A stretch of 64,000 nucleotides of DNA, taken from assembly GCA_030427835.1 (NCBI GenBank), contig JAUICN010000003.1:246526-310525 (forward strand), given 5' to 3'. Positions 10,706-20,006 of this stretch are shown here, one piece after another. The notes beneath the pieces were generated by a model. It was given only the letters and a program-made list of their open reading frames with translations. It did no database searches and had not been told where the DNA came from. Origin of the DNA: Polyangia bacterium. GTDB lineage: Bacteria; Myxococcota_A; Polyangia; Polyangiales; JAUICN01. Both the position numbers and the translations under genes were made by a program. The first letter of the stretch is position 1; each line of letters opens with the position of its first letter.

Positions 10706-11758
10706 ATGCACGATACCCCCCCAACCCTTGCGCCCCATCAGCTCGTCTTTGTCATCTCCCCCCCCCGGGCAGGATCCACCCTGCTGCAACGCATGCTCGG
10801 CGCCCACGAACAGGTGTTTACCCACCCTGAACCCCACATCGTCACCCCCCTTGCCTATCTCGGCTACCACGACCGTGTGGACAAGGCCCCCTACGACCAC
10901 ATCAACTCCGGCGAAGCCATGCGTGACTTTGTGGGCAACCTTCCAAGGGGAGAAGAGGACTACCTAGACGCCCTGCGCGCCTACGCCAACACCCTCTACG
11001 GCCGTATGCTCGCCACCTCCAAGGCCACGCGTTTTGTGGACAAAACACCGGCCTATGCCCTGGTGCTGCCCTTCCTGCGCACGCTCTATCCCACCGCACG
11101 CTACATCGTTCTCACCCGGCACCCACTTGCCGTCTTCAGCTCCTACGCCAACAGTTTTTTTGATGGCCGCTGGCAGGAAGCCCACGCCTACAACCCCATC
11201 CTCGAACGCTACATTCCTGCCATGGCCCGGTTTCTCCGGGATCCCCCCGCCCATTGCCTGCAGGTAAACTACGAATCCCTAGTAACCGAGCCGGAGGCTC
11301 AACTCCAATCCCTGTTTGAGTTCCTCGACCTTCCACCGGACAGGGGCGCCGTGGACTACGGCAAGCGGGACCGGGAGAACCCCCCGATCCAGGGGCAGGG
11401 AGATCCCATCAATGTGCACCGGCACGACCGCCCCGTGGCAAGTTCCACCGAAAAGTGGGTCGGAGAACTTCTGGAAGACACCGAAAAAAGAGAACTGGCT
11501 CACGCCATGTTGGCCCCCCTTGACGACGAAGACCTAACCACGTGGGGAACCCCACGGGATCAGCTGTGGGCCCCCATGGAGGGCCTGCCCCAGAACCAAA
11601 CGCTCACCGAAGACAAGAAGCCAAAGCGGGTGCTCAACCGCTACACCATGCAACGCATCGCCATGCTCGCCCTGAAAAAAGACATTCACAAGCGCCCCCA
11701 CGGGGAGTGGCTACGACGCGTCCGCTACTACTGCGACGTGCTACTCCGCGAGCAATAG
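10706..11758 (+). CDS. PAPS-dependent sulfotransferase
   Basis: SPPRAGSTLL (5'-PSB loop), VDKTP, LTRHPLAVFSS (3'-PB), YESLV. Start placed at ATG 10706. Confidence 0.88.
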   Translation: MHDTPPTLAPHQLVFVISPPRAGSTLLQRMLGAHEQVFTHPEPHIVTPLAYLGYHDRVDKAPYDHINSGEAMRDFVGNLPRGEEDYLDALRAYANTLYGRMLATSKATRFVDKTPAYALVLPFLRTLYPTARYIVLTRHPLAVFSSYANSFFDGRWQEAHAYNPILERYIPAMARFLRDPPAHCLQVNYESLVTEPEAQLQSLFEFLDLPPDRGAVDYGKRDRENPPIQGQGDPINVHRHDRPVASSTEKWVGELLEDTEKRELAHAMLAPLDDEDLTTWGTPRDQLWAPMEGLPQNQTLTEDKKPKRVLNRYTMQRIAMLALKKDIHKRPHGEWLRRVRYYCDVLLREQ

Positions 11759-11788
11759 ACCTCCCAGGGAGGCAGGCACAAAACAGAC

Positions 11789-14455
11789 CTACGATGCTAG
11801 ATTTCGCAGCACGTAGGAGAGAATCCCCCCGTGACGGTAGTAATCCACCTCACGGGGCGTATCCAACCGGGCGATGGCCGTGAACGTCTTGCCCGAAGAC
11901 GCGGTGACCGTCAGTTGCATCCCTGGAGCCAAGTCCTTGCCCACAGCGATATCAAAGGTCTCTTCTCCTGTTAGGCCCAGGGACTTCCAGGAATCCCCCG
12001 AGGCAAACTGAAGCGGCAACACACCCATACCAATCAGGTTCGACCGGTGAATGCGTTCAAAACTCTGGGCAATGACAGCGCGAACCCCCAGCAGCAGCGT
12101 ACCCTTTGCCGCCCAGTCACGGGATGAGCCCGTCCCGTATTCCTTGCCCGCAAGAACCACAAGCGAGGTCCCTTCCTGCTGGTACTTCTGGGACGCATCA
12201 AAAATGGACATGGTTTCACCCGTGGGAATATGGCGAGTCACCCCACCCTCCACACCAGGCACCAGCTGGTTGCGCAAACGAATATTGGCAAAGGTGCCGC
12301 GCATCATCACCTCGTGATTGCCGCGGCGGCTTCCGTAACTGTTGAAGTCCCGTGGGGAAACCCCGCGCTCCCGAAGGTAACGTGCCGCAGGGCTGTCTGA
12401 AGCAATGGCCCCCGCAGGGGAAATATGATCGGTGGTGACCGAATCCTCGAGCAGGGCCAACACCCGCGCCCCCTGAAGCGATTGCACAGCAGGGGGATCG
12501 CCCGCCTTCACTCCGTCAAAGAAGGAGGGCTTTCGAATGTAGGTGCTCGCATCGCTCCAGGCGAACGTATTGCCCGAGGGCACCTCCACCCGGGCCCACT
12601 CCTCGGTGCCCTCCAGCACATGGGCGTAGCGTTCGCGAAAATGGGCCGTCTTCACCGCCTTGGCCACCGTATCGGAAATCTCCTGCGTGCTTGGCCACAC
12701 GTCCCGAAGGAACACGTCCTTGCCGTCCCTATCCTGACCCAGGGGATCCGTCTGCAAATCCAGATCCACAGAACCCGCTAGCGCGTAGGCCACCACCAAC
12801 GGCGGCGAAGCCAGGTAGTTCGCGCGGGTATGGGGGCTCACACGCCCCTCAAAGTTTCGATTGCCACTGAGGACAGACGCCACCGCCAGATTCTGTGACT
12901 GAATGCCCTCCACAATAGGGGCATCCAAGGGGCCAGAGTTTCCTATGCAAGTGGTGCAGCCGTAGCCCACCAGGTGAAAGCCCAGGGCCTCAAGGTCACC
13001 CAGCACATCGGCTTCCTTGAGGTATTCGGTCACCACTTGGGATCCTGGCGCAAGACTCGTCTTCACCCAGGGCTTGACCATCAGTCCACGGGCCTGGGCT
13101 TTCTTGGCCAACAGTCCAGCCCCCAACATCACCGCAGGGTTCGAGGTGTTGGTACAACTCGTAATGGCCGCGATCACCACCGCCCCGTGCTGCAGTTCAA
13201 ACTGGTGCCCCCGGTTTTCCACCGAAGCGCGAGCACCCGGACCACCCACGTTCAGCCCCTCAAAGGTGTTTCGCCAGGAGGACTGCATATCCGACAGGGC
13301 CACACGATCCTGGGGTCGCTTGGGCCCCGCAAGGCTGGGGACCACCTGACTCAAATCCAACTCCAGGACCGCCGAAAACTCGGGTTCAGGTTGGTCCGCC
13401 GTGTGAAACAATCCCTGGGCGGTGGTCACCGCGCGCACCACGTCCACCTCATCGTCAGACCGGCCAGAAAACTTCAGGTAACGGAGGGTCTGCTCATCCA
13501 CCGGAAAGAAACCCATGGTGGCACCATACTCGGGTGCCATGTTGGCAATGGTGGCTCGATCCGGCAGCGACAGGGACGCAAGCCCATCTCCGAAAAATTC
13601 CACAAACTTACCCACCACACCGTGGCCACGAAGCATCTCCGTCACCGTCAACACCAAATCGGTGGCCGTCGCCCCCTCTGGCATAGCCCCTCGGAGCCGA
13701 AACCCCACAACCTGGGGAACCAGCATGGTGATGGGCTGACCGAGCATGGCGGCCTCTGCCTCAATGCCACCCACACCCCAACCCAACACACCCAACCCAT
13801 TGATCATGGTGGTATGAGAATCCGTTCCCACCAGGGAATCCGGGTAGGCCATGACCCCGTCAGAATCCTTCCGTTGGAACACCACATGGGCCAAGTACTC
13901 CAGGTTCACCTGGTGAACGATGCCCGTGCCCGGAGGAACCACACGCATGTTGTCAAAGGCCTGCTGCCCCCACTTGAGAAACTGGTAGCGCTCCTGGTTT
14001 CGCTGGAACTCAAGCTCCACGTTTTCCTGAAAAGAACGCAGCGTTCCGTAGGAATCCACCTGCACGGAGTGATCGATCACCAGATCCACAGGCTGTAAGG
14101 GATTGATACGCGATGCGTCCCCGCCCATGGACTGGAAGGATTCACGCATGGCCGCCAAATCCACCACCGCGGGCACCCCCGTGAAGTCCTGCAACAGGAC
14201 CCGGGCTGGGCGAAACGCGATCTCGGTGGAAGGCGCATCCTTTGGATTCCACCGGGCCACCGCCTCGATATCGCCCCGGGTCACGGTATCCCCATCCTCA
14301 TTGCGCAGAAGGTTCTCAAGCAACACGCGAATCGAATAGGGCAACCGTTGCACACCACCTGGAAGCCTAAGCGTATCCTTCAACCCCCCGAGGCGATGAA
14401 AGGCCACCTTTTGGCCACCCACTGTCAATGCATCACGTGTTCCGAAACTATCCAT
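11789..14455 (-). CDS. acnA: Aconitate hydratase A
   Basis: [60 protein letters not shown]. Confidence 0.98.
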   Translation of the reverse strand: MDSFGTRDALTVGGQKVAFHRLGGLKDTLRLPGGVQRLPYSIRVLLENLLRNEDGDTVTRGDIEAVARWNPKDAPSTEIAFRPARVLLQDFTGVPAVVDLAAMRESFQSMGGDASRINPLQPVDLVIDHSVQVDSYGTLRSFQENVELEFQRNQERYQFLKWGQQAFDNMRVVPPGTGIVHQVNLEYLAHVVFQRKDSDGVMAYPDSLVGTDSHTTMINGLGVLGWGVGGIEAEAAMLGQPITMLVPQVVGFRLRGAMPEGATATDLVLTVTEMLRGHGVVGKFVEFFGDGLASLSLPDRATIANMAPEYGATMGFFPVDEQTLRYLKFSGRSDDEVDVVRAVTTAQGLFHTADQPEPEFSAVLELDLSQVVPSLAGPKRPQDRVALSDMQSSWRNTFEGLNVGGPGARASVENRGHQFELQHGAVVIAAITSCTNTSNPAVMLGAGLLAKKAQARGLMVKPWVKTSLAPGSQVVTEYLKEADVLGDLEALGFHLVGYGCTTCIGNSGPLDAPIVEGIQSQNLAVASVLSGNRNFEGRVSPHTRANYLASPPLVVAYALAGSVDLDLQTDPLGQDRDGKDVFLRDVWPSTQEISDTVAKAVKTAHFRERYAHVLEGTEEWARVEVPSGNTFAWSDASTYIRKPSFFDGVKAGDPPAVQSLQGARVLALLEDSVTTDHISPAGAIASDSPAARYLRERGVSPRDFNSYGSRRGNHEVMMRGTFANIRLRNQLVPGVEGGVTRHIPTGETMSIFDASQKYQQEGTSLVVLAGKEYGTGSSRDWAAKGTLLLGVRAVIAQSFERIHRSNLIGMGVLPLQFASGDSWKSLGLTGEETFDIAVGKDLAPGMQLTVTASSGKTFTAIARLDTPREVDYYRHGGILSYVLRNLAS

Positions 14456-14645
14456 CAGGCTCTCCCCTTCATCCCTACGCCCCACAGCCAGGCTGTACAG
14501 ACGGTCTGCGTATTCGAGGCTCGGATTCTACCGCAGTCGCCCGCACTTTTGCACCCCAAGTATCGGATCCCATCCGCAACCCCGGGCCTGTGGCCTTCTT
14601 GGACCTGGACAATTCTAGGCCAGGGGGCTAAGTCGACCCTGCAAC

Positions 14646-14720
14646 GGCGCCGTGGCCAAGTGGTAAGGCAGAGGTTTGCAAAATCTCCATTCACCGGTTC
14701 GAATCCGGTCGGCGCCTCCA
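14646..14720 (+). tRNA. tRNA-Cys(GCA), CCA encoded
   Basis: GGCGCCG/CGGCGCC acceptor stem, D loop with TGG, anticodon loop TTGCAAA, T arm with GGTTCGAATCC, 3' end TCCA. Confidence 0.97.
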
Positions 14721-14737
14721 TCTTTCGAGGGATCCCA

Positions 14738-16096
14738 TTGAACCCCACCGACGAAGTCGATCTATTTCTCGATGGGCTAGTGGGCCCCACCCACACCTTT
14801 GGGGGGTTGGCACCAGGCAATCTGGCCTCCGCCTCCAACGCCCACCGGCCCTCCAACCCCCGCGCGGCCGCAAAGCAGGCCCTGCAAAAATCCCATTTGG
14901 TATCCCAAATCGGGGCCGCCACCGGTGGTGCGTGCCAATGGATCATGCCCCCCCACGAACGGCCCCACCTGCCCACGCTTCGTCGCTTGGGGTATGGGGG
15001 TTCAGACGCGCAGGTTCTTGCCAAGGTTGCCCAAGAGAACCCCACCCTGCTCCATCAAGTCAGCTCCTCTTCGGCCATGTGGGCTGCAAATGCAGCGACC
15101 GTCACCCCCGAAATGGACGCACAGGATGGTCACCTCCATCTGACCCCCGCCAATCTCTGCACGCACATCCATCGCGCCGTGGAGACGCCCACCACAGCAT
15201 CGGTTCTCCAACGGATGTTTGCACCGTTTCCCCACGTCACACACCACCCTGCCCTTCCATCCCACCCGGATTTCGGAGATGAGGGCGCCGCCAACCAGGT
15301 AAGGTTCAATCACGGCAAGCACAGTGTGCGACTGCTCGTCCACGGTACCGCCACAGAAAACACCCAGGGCCCCCAAAAAGCCCCAGCCAGACAATCCAAG
15401 ACCGCACTCCAGAGCCTCATGCGCCAGCATAATCCACGTACCCCGTGGATCACCGCACAACAACATCCTAGAGCCATCGACGGGGGCGTCTTTCACAACG
15501 ATGTCATCTCCATGGGGCACCACAACACCTTCATCACCCATGAACAGGCCTTCACCAACACAGAAGAGGTCATTCAGAACCTGACCCAACATATGCCCAG
15601 CCTTAAAGCCCATAGAATCTCTAAAGAGGACCTCTCCCTGTCAGATGCGGTGCACACCTACCTCTTCAACAGCCAGCTCATCCATCTTGGAGATCACCAA
15701 CTCGCGGCCATTGCGCCGCAACAATGTGCAGAGCACCCACAGGCCGTGGCCGTTTGGGAAAGGTTGCTGGCCGATCAAGCGATTGCCGAGGTTCACTACC
15801 TGGATCTGCGCGAGAGTATGTGCAACGGCGGTGGCCCCGCATGCCTACGGCTACTGGTTCCCGTTCTACGCAGCAGCCTCCAACACACCCACACGCCCTG
15901 GGCCCTGAACGATGGGCTCTACGACACCCTTACCCGATGGATAGACACGCACTACCGGGACCGCCTCGAGCCACAGGACCTCAGGGATCCCCAACTGCTA
16001 CAGGACAGCCAGCAAGCACTGGATCGGTTGACCCAAATCCTTCAACTGGGATCCATCTACACCTTCCAAGGATCCACATCAGATCCATCACCCTAG
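14738..16096 (+). CDS. astB: N-succinylarginine dihydrolase
   Basis: DGLVGPTH, SSSAMWAANAATV, DEGAAN, FHNDVI, ESMCNGGGPACLRL. Start placed at TTG 14738, downstream of the tRNA. Confidence 0.93.
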   Translation: MNPTDEVDLFLDGLVGPTHTFGGLAPGNLASASNAHRPSNPRAAAKQALQKSHLVSQIGAATGGACQWIMPPHERPHLPTLRRLGYGGSDAQVLAKVAQENPTLLHQVSSSSAMWAANAATVTPEMDAQDGHLHLTPANLCTHIHRAVETPTTASVLQRMFAPFPHVTHHPALPSHPDFGDEGAANQVRFNHGKHSVRLLVHGTATENTQGPQKAPARQSKTALQSLMRQHNPRTPWITAQQHPRAIDGGVFHNDVISMGHHNTFITHEQAFTNTEEVIQNLTQHMPSLKAHRISKEDLSLSDAVHTYLFNSQLIHLGDHQLAAIAPQQCAEHPQAVAVWERLLADQAIAEVHYLDLRESMCNGGGPACLRLLVPVLRSSLQHTHTPWALNDGLYDTLTRWIDTHYRDRLEPQDLRDPQLLQDSQQALDRLTQILQLGSIYTFQGSTSDPSP

Positions 16097-16111
16097 GCCG
16101 CAGGCCAGGCC

Positions 16112-17386
16112 CTACAACGAATCCAAGGAACAAAACATGGATGCCAGATCCCGCGCTTCCAACATGTTGTCCTCGATGCTGCAGTAGGTCCATCCGCCGT
16201 AACGGCCCATGGAATAAACGCCGCAGGCCTTCAACCATTCCCGTTTTTTCTCCACCTCGTCCCGGGAAGATTGGGTGATGTGCACGTAGGCGGGATCCAA
16301 CACCACATGGTGTTCGGAGAGCAACCTGTGCCCGTGCACCAAACCCACCTGGCCAAGATCACGAAGCACGCGACTGCGGTATTCCGCAATCACCTCAGGG
16401 GACAACTCGACGGCCCGGTCGAACCCCACCTCCACATAGAGGCTCATGCGATCGTCCCCAAAAATATTGTCGTAGAAGCCCACACGGTAAAAGGACACAT
16501 CCTTCTGTGGAAAGTAGGACCAGTGAATGTCGGAGGGGCCTTTTTGATCAAACCCCAGGTTAAACACCAACACCTTGTTCCAGGAGTACACCTCCGGTGA
16601 ATAGGGGATGGACGCCAACTCCATCAGGCGTGGAAAGGGCATGGAACTCACCAGGTAGTCATACCGGTATTTCCCCTGGGTAGTTTCCGCCACCCGATCC
16701 TTCAGAGAGAGGGAAAGAAGTTCCTCGTTCAATCGAATGCGCGAAGAATCCACCTGTTGCGCCAACGCATGGACATACTGAATGGCCCCACCCCGGGGAT
16801 AGGTAAACGTACTGTTGTAGCTGCGGTTGTCGGAGGCACGAAAGTTAGCGATGATCTCGTTCTCATCGGCATAGGGAAAGAACCTCCCCATGGCATCCAC
16901 GTCAAGCGCAGACAGATCGGTAGCGTAGAGTTTTTCGTTGTAAGGAATCAAAAACTTTTCAGCAATACTTACGCCAAACTTGCTGTACAGCATGGACTTG
17001 AAATCCAAGGAGGAAGACTCCGTGCGCTGACGCAGATCCACCAAGCAATCGATAAAGTCCTCCTTGGGGAGCTGGTGAATGTTCTTCTGAAACGGAAAAT
17101 CGATCCAGGTTCCATCCCAATAGATCTTGGCAGACTTCTCCACCCGAAGAACCTCATCCGACATGCGGGAGACCAGTTCCCGCTCCAACTCAGGGTGCTT
17201 AAAGTGGAAAAAGTGCCCGGAATAGTCCCAAACGAAACCATCCTGATGCACGGTTCGGCAGTACCCGCCAATCTCGGACTCCCGCTCCAATACAAGGTAA
17301 TCTTCGCTTTTCAGTTTCCCCGCAAAGGACAATCCCGAAACTCCAGCACCCACCACCAAGAAACGTACACGTTGTTCCGTCACCAT
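16112..17386 (-). CDS. FAD-dependent oxidoreductase (protoporphyrinogen oxidase-like/UDP-galactopyranose mutase-like superfamily)
   Basis: VVGAGVSGL Rossmann motif, [16 protein letters not shown]-terminal GRYGGWTY. Confidence 0.8.
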   Translation of the reverse strand: MVTEQRVRFLVVGAGVSGLSFAGKLKSEDYLVLERESEIGGYCRTVHQDGFVWDYSGHFFHFKHPELERELVSRMSDEVLRVEKSAKIYWDGTWIDFPFQKNIHQLPKEDFIDCLVDLRQRTESSSLDFKSMLYSKFGVSIAEKFLIPYNEKLYATDLSALDVDAMGRFFPYADENEIIANFRASDNRSYNSTFTYPRGGAIQYVHALAQQVDSSRIRLNEELLSLSLKDRVAETTQGKYRYDYLVSSMPFPRLMELASIPYSPEVYSWNKVLVFNLGFDQKGPSDIHWSYFPQKDVSFYRVGFYDNIFGDDRMSLYVEVGFDRAVELSPEVIAEYRSRVLRDLGQVGLVHGHRLLSEHHVVLDPAYVHITQSSRDEVEKKREWLKACGVYSMGRYGGWTYCSIEDNMLEARDLASMFCSLDSL

Positions 17387-17484
17387 CACCCTCCACGTTT
17401 TGCGTCCGCGCTATCTTACCCCAACGACATCCTACGCCAGAACTTCCCAGTTCACTCTGAAGCGGCCTAGCTGAGATTTCACAC

Positions 17485-18501
17485 CTAGCTCCTCGAGGTT
17501 TTTGGAGAACCCGGCAAACACACTTCCACGGCCCCCCGTGCCACATGGATCTGGCCCTCCCGAAGCTCACCCATGGCCACCATGCGGCGGTTGTCGTCAA
17601 ACAGCCCCACGAACCCTGGGGCCCCGGACGCCCATTCTCTCCCGTCCCTCAACGTACCCATCGGGATCGAACGGCCATGAAGCACATCCACCACCTCGGA
17701 ACCCGTGAGCACCCGGCATGCACCGTCGCCCCACACTTCCCAAAGGGACGTCAGCTGCCCCCTGACCCGTTGCCGTTCGCCCTCATCTCCCTGGAAAGCC
17801 CGTTGCAAGGCGTCACCGTCAACCCCGCCATCGGCATGGAAACCACCTGAAGAAACCCTTCGCAACTCCGCCACGTGACCCACCGTCCCCAAATCCCTGG
17901 CCAAATCCCGAGCAAAAGAACGCACGTAGTACCCGGGAGACGTGTGCAACAAGAGGGTGATGTGACCTTTCGGGAATACTCCCGCCGTCCCGTCGCAAGG
18001 CCCCGTCGGCTCAATAGTCACCCGTTCCAGACACACCATCCGCCCGCAAAGGCGTACCTCTTCGCCGCGCCTCACCCGCTTGTGGGCCGCCACCCCATCC
18101 ACTTTGATGGCACTGACCGCAGGAGGCACCTGGCGCCGCCAGCCCAAAAGCCCAGTCAACACCTTCCGAAGTGCGTTGGGACACGGTGTAAACACCGGAC
18201 CCTCCTTCACCACCTGGCCCTCTCCGTCCAACGTATCGGTCTCTGTACCAAGCGAAACCACCACCCGATACACCTTGGATTGACCCGTCAACACACGGAG
18301 AATGCGGGTGCCACCACCCACTCCCACTGCCAGGAGACCCGAGGCCCGAGGATCCAACGTGCCTCCATGGCCCACGGTCCGAGTACCAAAAACCCTCCTG
18401 CACCACCGAACCACATCATGGGAACTGCACCCCACAGGTTTGTCCACAAGTACCACACCATGCACCCCTTTCACGGCATGCCATAGGGGCTCAGAATCCA
18501 T
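17485..18501 (-). CDS. truB: tRNA pseudouridine(55) synthase
   Basis: VDKPVG, GHGGTLDP (catalytic Asp), TDTLD, PPAVSAIK; operon context. Confidence 0.93.
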   Translation of the reverse strand: MDSEPLWHAVKGVHGVVLVDKPVGCSSHDVVRWCRRVFGTRTVGHGGTLDPRASGLLAVGVGGGTRILRVLTGQSKVYRVVVSLGTETDTLDGEGQVVKEGPVFTPCPNALRKVLTGLLGWRRQVPPAVSAIKVDGVAAHKRVRRGEEVRLCGRMVCLERVTIEPTGPCDGTAGVFPKGHITLLLHTSPGYYVRSFARDLARDLGTVGHVAELRRVSSGGFHADGGVDGDALQRAFQGDEGERQRVRGQLTSLWEVWGDGACRVLTGSEVVDVLHGRSIPMGTLRDGREWASGAPGFVGLFDDNRRMVAMGELREGQIHVARGAVEVCLPGSPKTSRS

Positions 18502-19491
18502 CTAGGCCCTAGAACCCACGCCGGGAGTCAGATCCACCATGGACGACAACGCAGACACGGCCCTGGGCAACCACTGTTCGAGATTCCCGGCAACCACAGT
18601 GGCAGCCGCGTTCGAATGCCCTCCTCCGCCCATTCGTTGTGCCACCACAGCCACGTTCAGGGGGCCCTTGGAACGAAAACGCAACTTGCATTCGTCAGCG
18701 CCTCCATCGATCACAAGCACCGCAGCAACCACCGTGGATCCACGCATCATGATGTCCACAAAACCATCCGTCTCCCCGTAGATATCAGACGATCTGTCGC
18801 AAATGGTCATGGAAGCCACACGCTGATCGCAGTGAAATGTCAACGTATCCAAGGCCCGTTGAAACAACTTCAGTTTCCGAGGGGTCCAGGCATCAAACAT
18901 CCGCCGGGCAATGGATTCAGGATCTGCACCCGATTCCACCAAAAACGCCGCATCGTGGAACACCCCGGCATCCACGCGGTTCCCGCGAAAACCCAACGTG
19001 TCGGTGACCATGGCCGCATACACCTGGGTTGCCACACGGGGTGAAACCTTCACACGAAACCGTCGAAAAAGGTCCAGTACCATGGAGCCCGTTGAGCAAG
19101 CGGTCTCATCCCTAAGCTCCAAATCCCCGAACACTTGGTAGCTAGAATGGTGGTCAATGACCACGCAGCGAAGCGAACTGCGTATGCGAACCAGCCGTTC
19201 CGGAAGAAGACCCGGGGACGGCGTGTCGGTAATCAGCACAGTCTGCCCCGCCACCACATCCGCGGTGGTCGGCACTCCCCCGTATAGAAACTCCAAGTGT
19301 TCGGGCACACGCTCTGGAAGAAACAAACGCGCATCCTTGCCCAGGGCCACAAGCAACTCCGTCAGTGCGGCCGCTGAACCCAGAGCGTCCGCATCCGGCG
19401 CGCGATGACATGTGACGACGAAAGAGTTCTCGCTACGCAGCAGTTGATCCAACGTGGCCCACGGGTGCTCCTTGTCAGGATCATCTCCCAT
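18502..19491 (-). CDS. DHH/DHHA1 phosphoesterase (NrnA-like)
   Basis: PDADALGS, IDHH, TDT, GGGGHSNAA; lies between rbfA and truB. The start could instead be ATG 19590 or 19593. Confidence 0.88.
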   Translation of the reverse strand: MGDDPDKEHPWATLDQLLRSENSFVVTCHRAPDADALGSAAALTELLVALGKDARLFLPERVPEHLEFLYGGVPTTADVVAGQTVLITDTPSPGLLPERLVRIRSSLRCVVIDHHSSYQVFGDLELRDETACSTGSMVLDLFRRFRVKVSPRVATQVYAAMVTDTLGFRGNRVDAGVFHDAAFLVESGADPESIARRMFDAWTPRKLKLFQRALDTLTFHCDQRVASMTICDRSSDIYGETDGFVDIMMRGSTVVAAVLVIDGGADECKLRFRSKGPLNVAVVAQRMGGGGHSNAAATVVAGNLEQWLPRAVSALSSMVDLTPGVGSRA

Positions 19492-19573
19492 CTCACCCGT
19501 GCCACCCACGGGAAGGGGAACCGACGCAAGGGAAGAAACTGAAGCACAGGGAGGACTTGGGGCGGAGGAGGAT

Positions 19574-19990
19574 TCAGGAGTTCTGGCCATCATCCTGCCC
19601 TGGGGCCTCCCTGTTGGATTCATCATGATCCGACGACCGAGCAAGATCGTTGAGAATCGCATCCACCCGAGACGCCCCTTCCGTCTGTGTATCCCAATGC
19701 ATGCGCACCTGTGGAACGTATTTGCTCTCCATTTTCAGCGCCAACTCACGCCGCAAAAAACCCTGGGATTGGGCCAAGCCTTCCATCACGCTCTTCCGTT
19801 GCAACTCCGATGCGCCATGTACCAACACGTACAAATCCACATGCCGAAGGTCCTCACTCACTTGCACGTGCGTCACCATCAAACCCAGGAGCCGTTCGTC
19901 GCGAAGACGCCCGCGTGCAAGCAGTTCCGTCACATCGGCGCGAATCCGACTCGCAAAGCGTGTCGCACGCTTGTACGGAGCAGTTGCCAT
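19574..19990 (-). CDS. rbfA: 30S ribosome-binding factor A
   Basis: LRDERL, VTHVQVSEDLRH, GFLR, YVPQV; downstream of infB. Confidence 0.9.
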   Translation of the reverse strand: MATAPYKRATRFASRIRADVTELLARGRLRDERLLGLMVTHVQVSEDLRHVDLYVLVHGASELQRKSVMEGLAQSQGFLRRELALKMESKYVPQVRMHWDTQTEGASRVDAILNDLARSSDHDESNREAPGQDDGQNS

Positions 19991-20006
19991 GGTGTGACCG
20001 CCACCC

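Noticed and set aside
14348-14737. N-terminal extension of the 582-aa ORF containing astB
   Set aside because: It runs across the acnA start and the tRNA-Cys; AstB similarity begins only near 14740.
14646-17400. Island integrated at tRNA-Cys
   Set aside because: No integrase and no duplicated tRNA 3' end were noticed.
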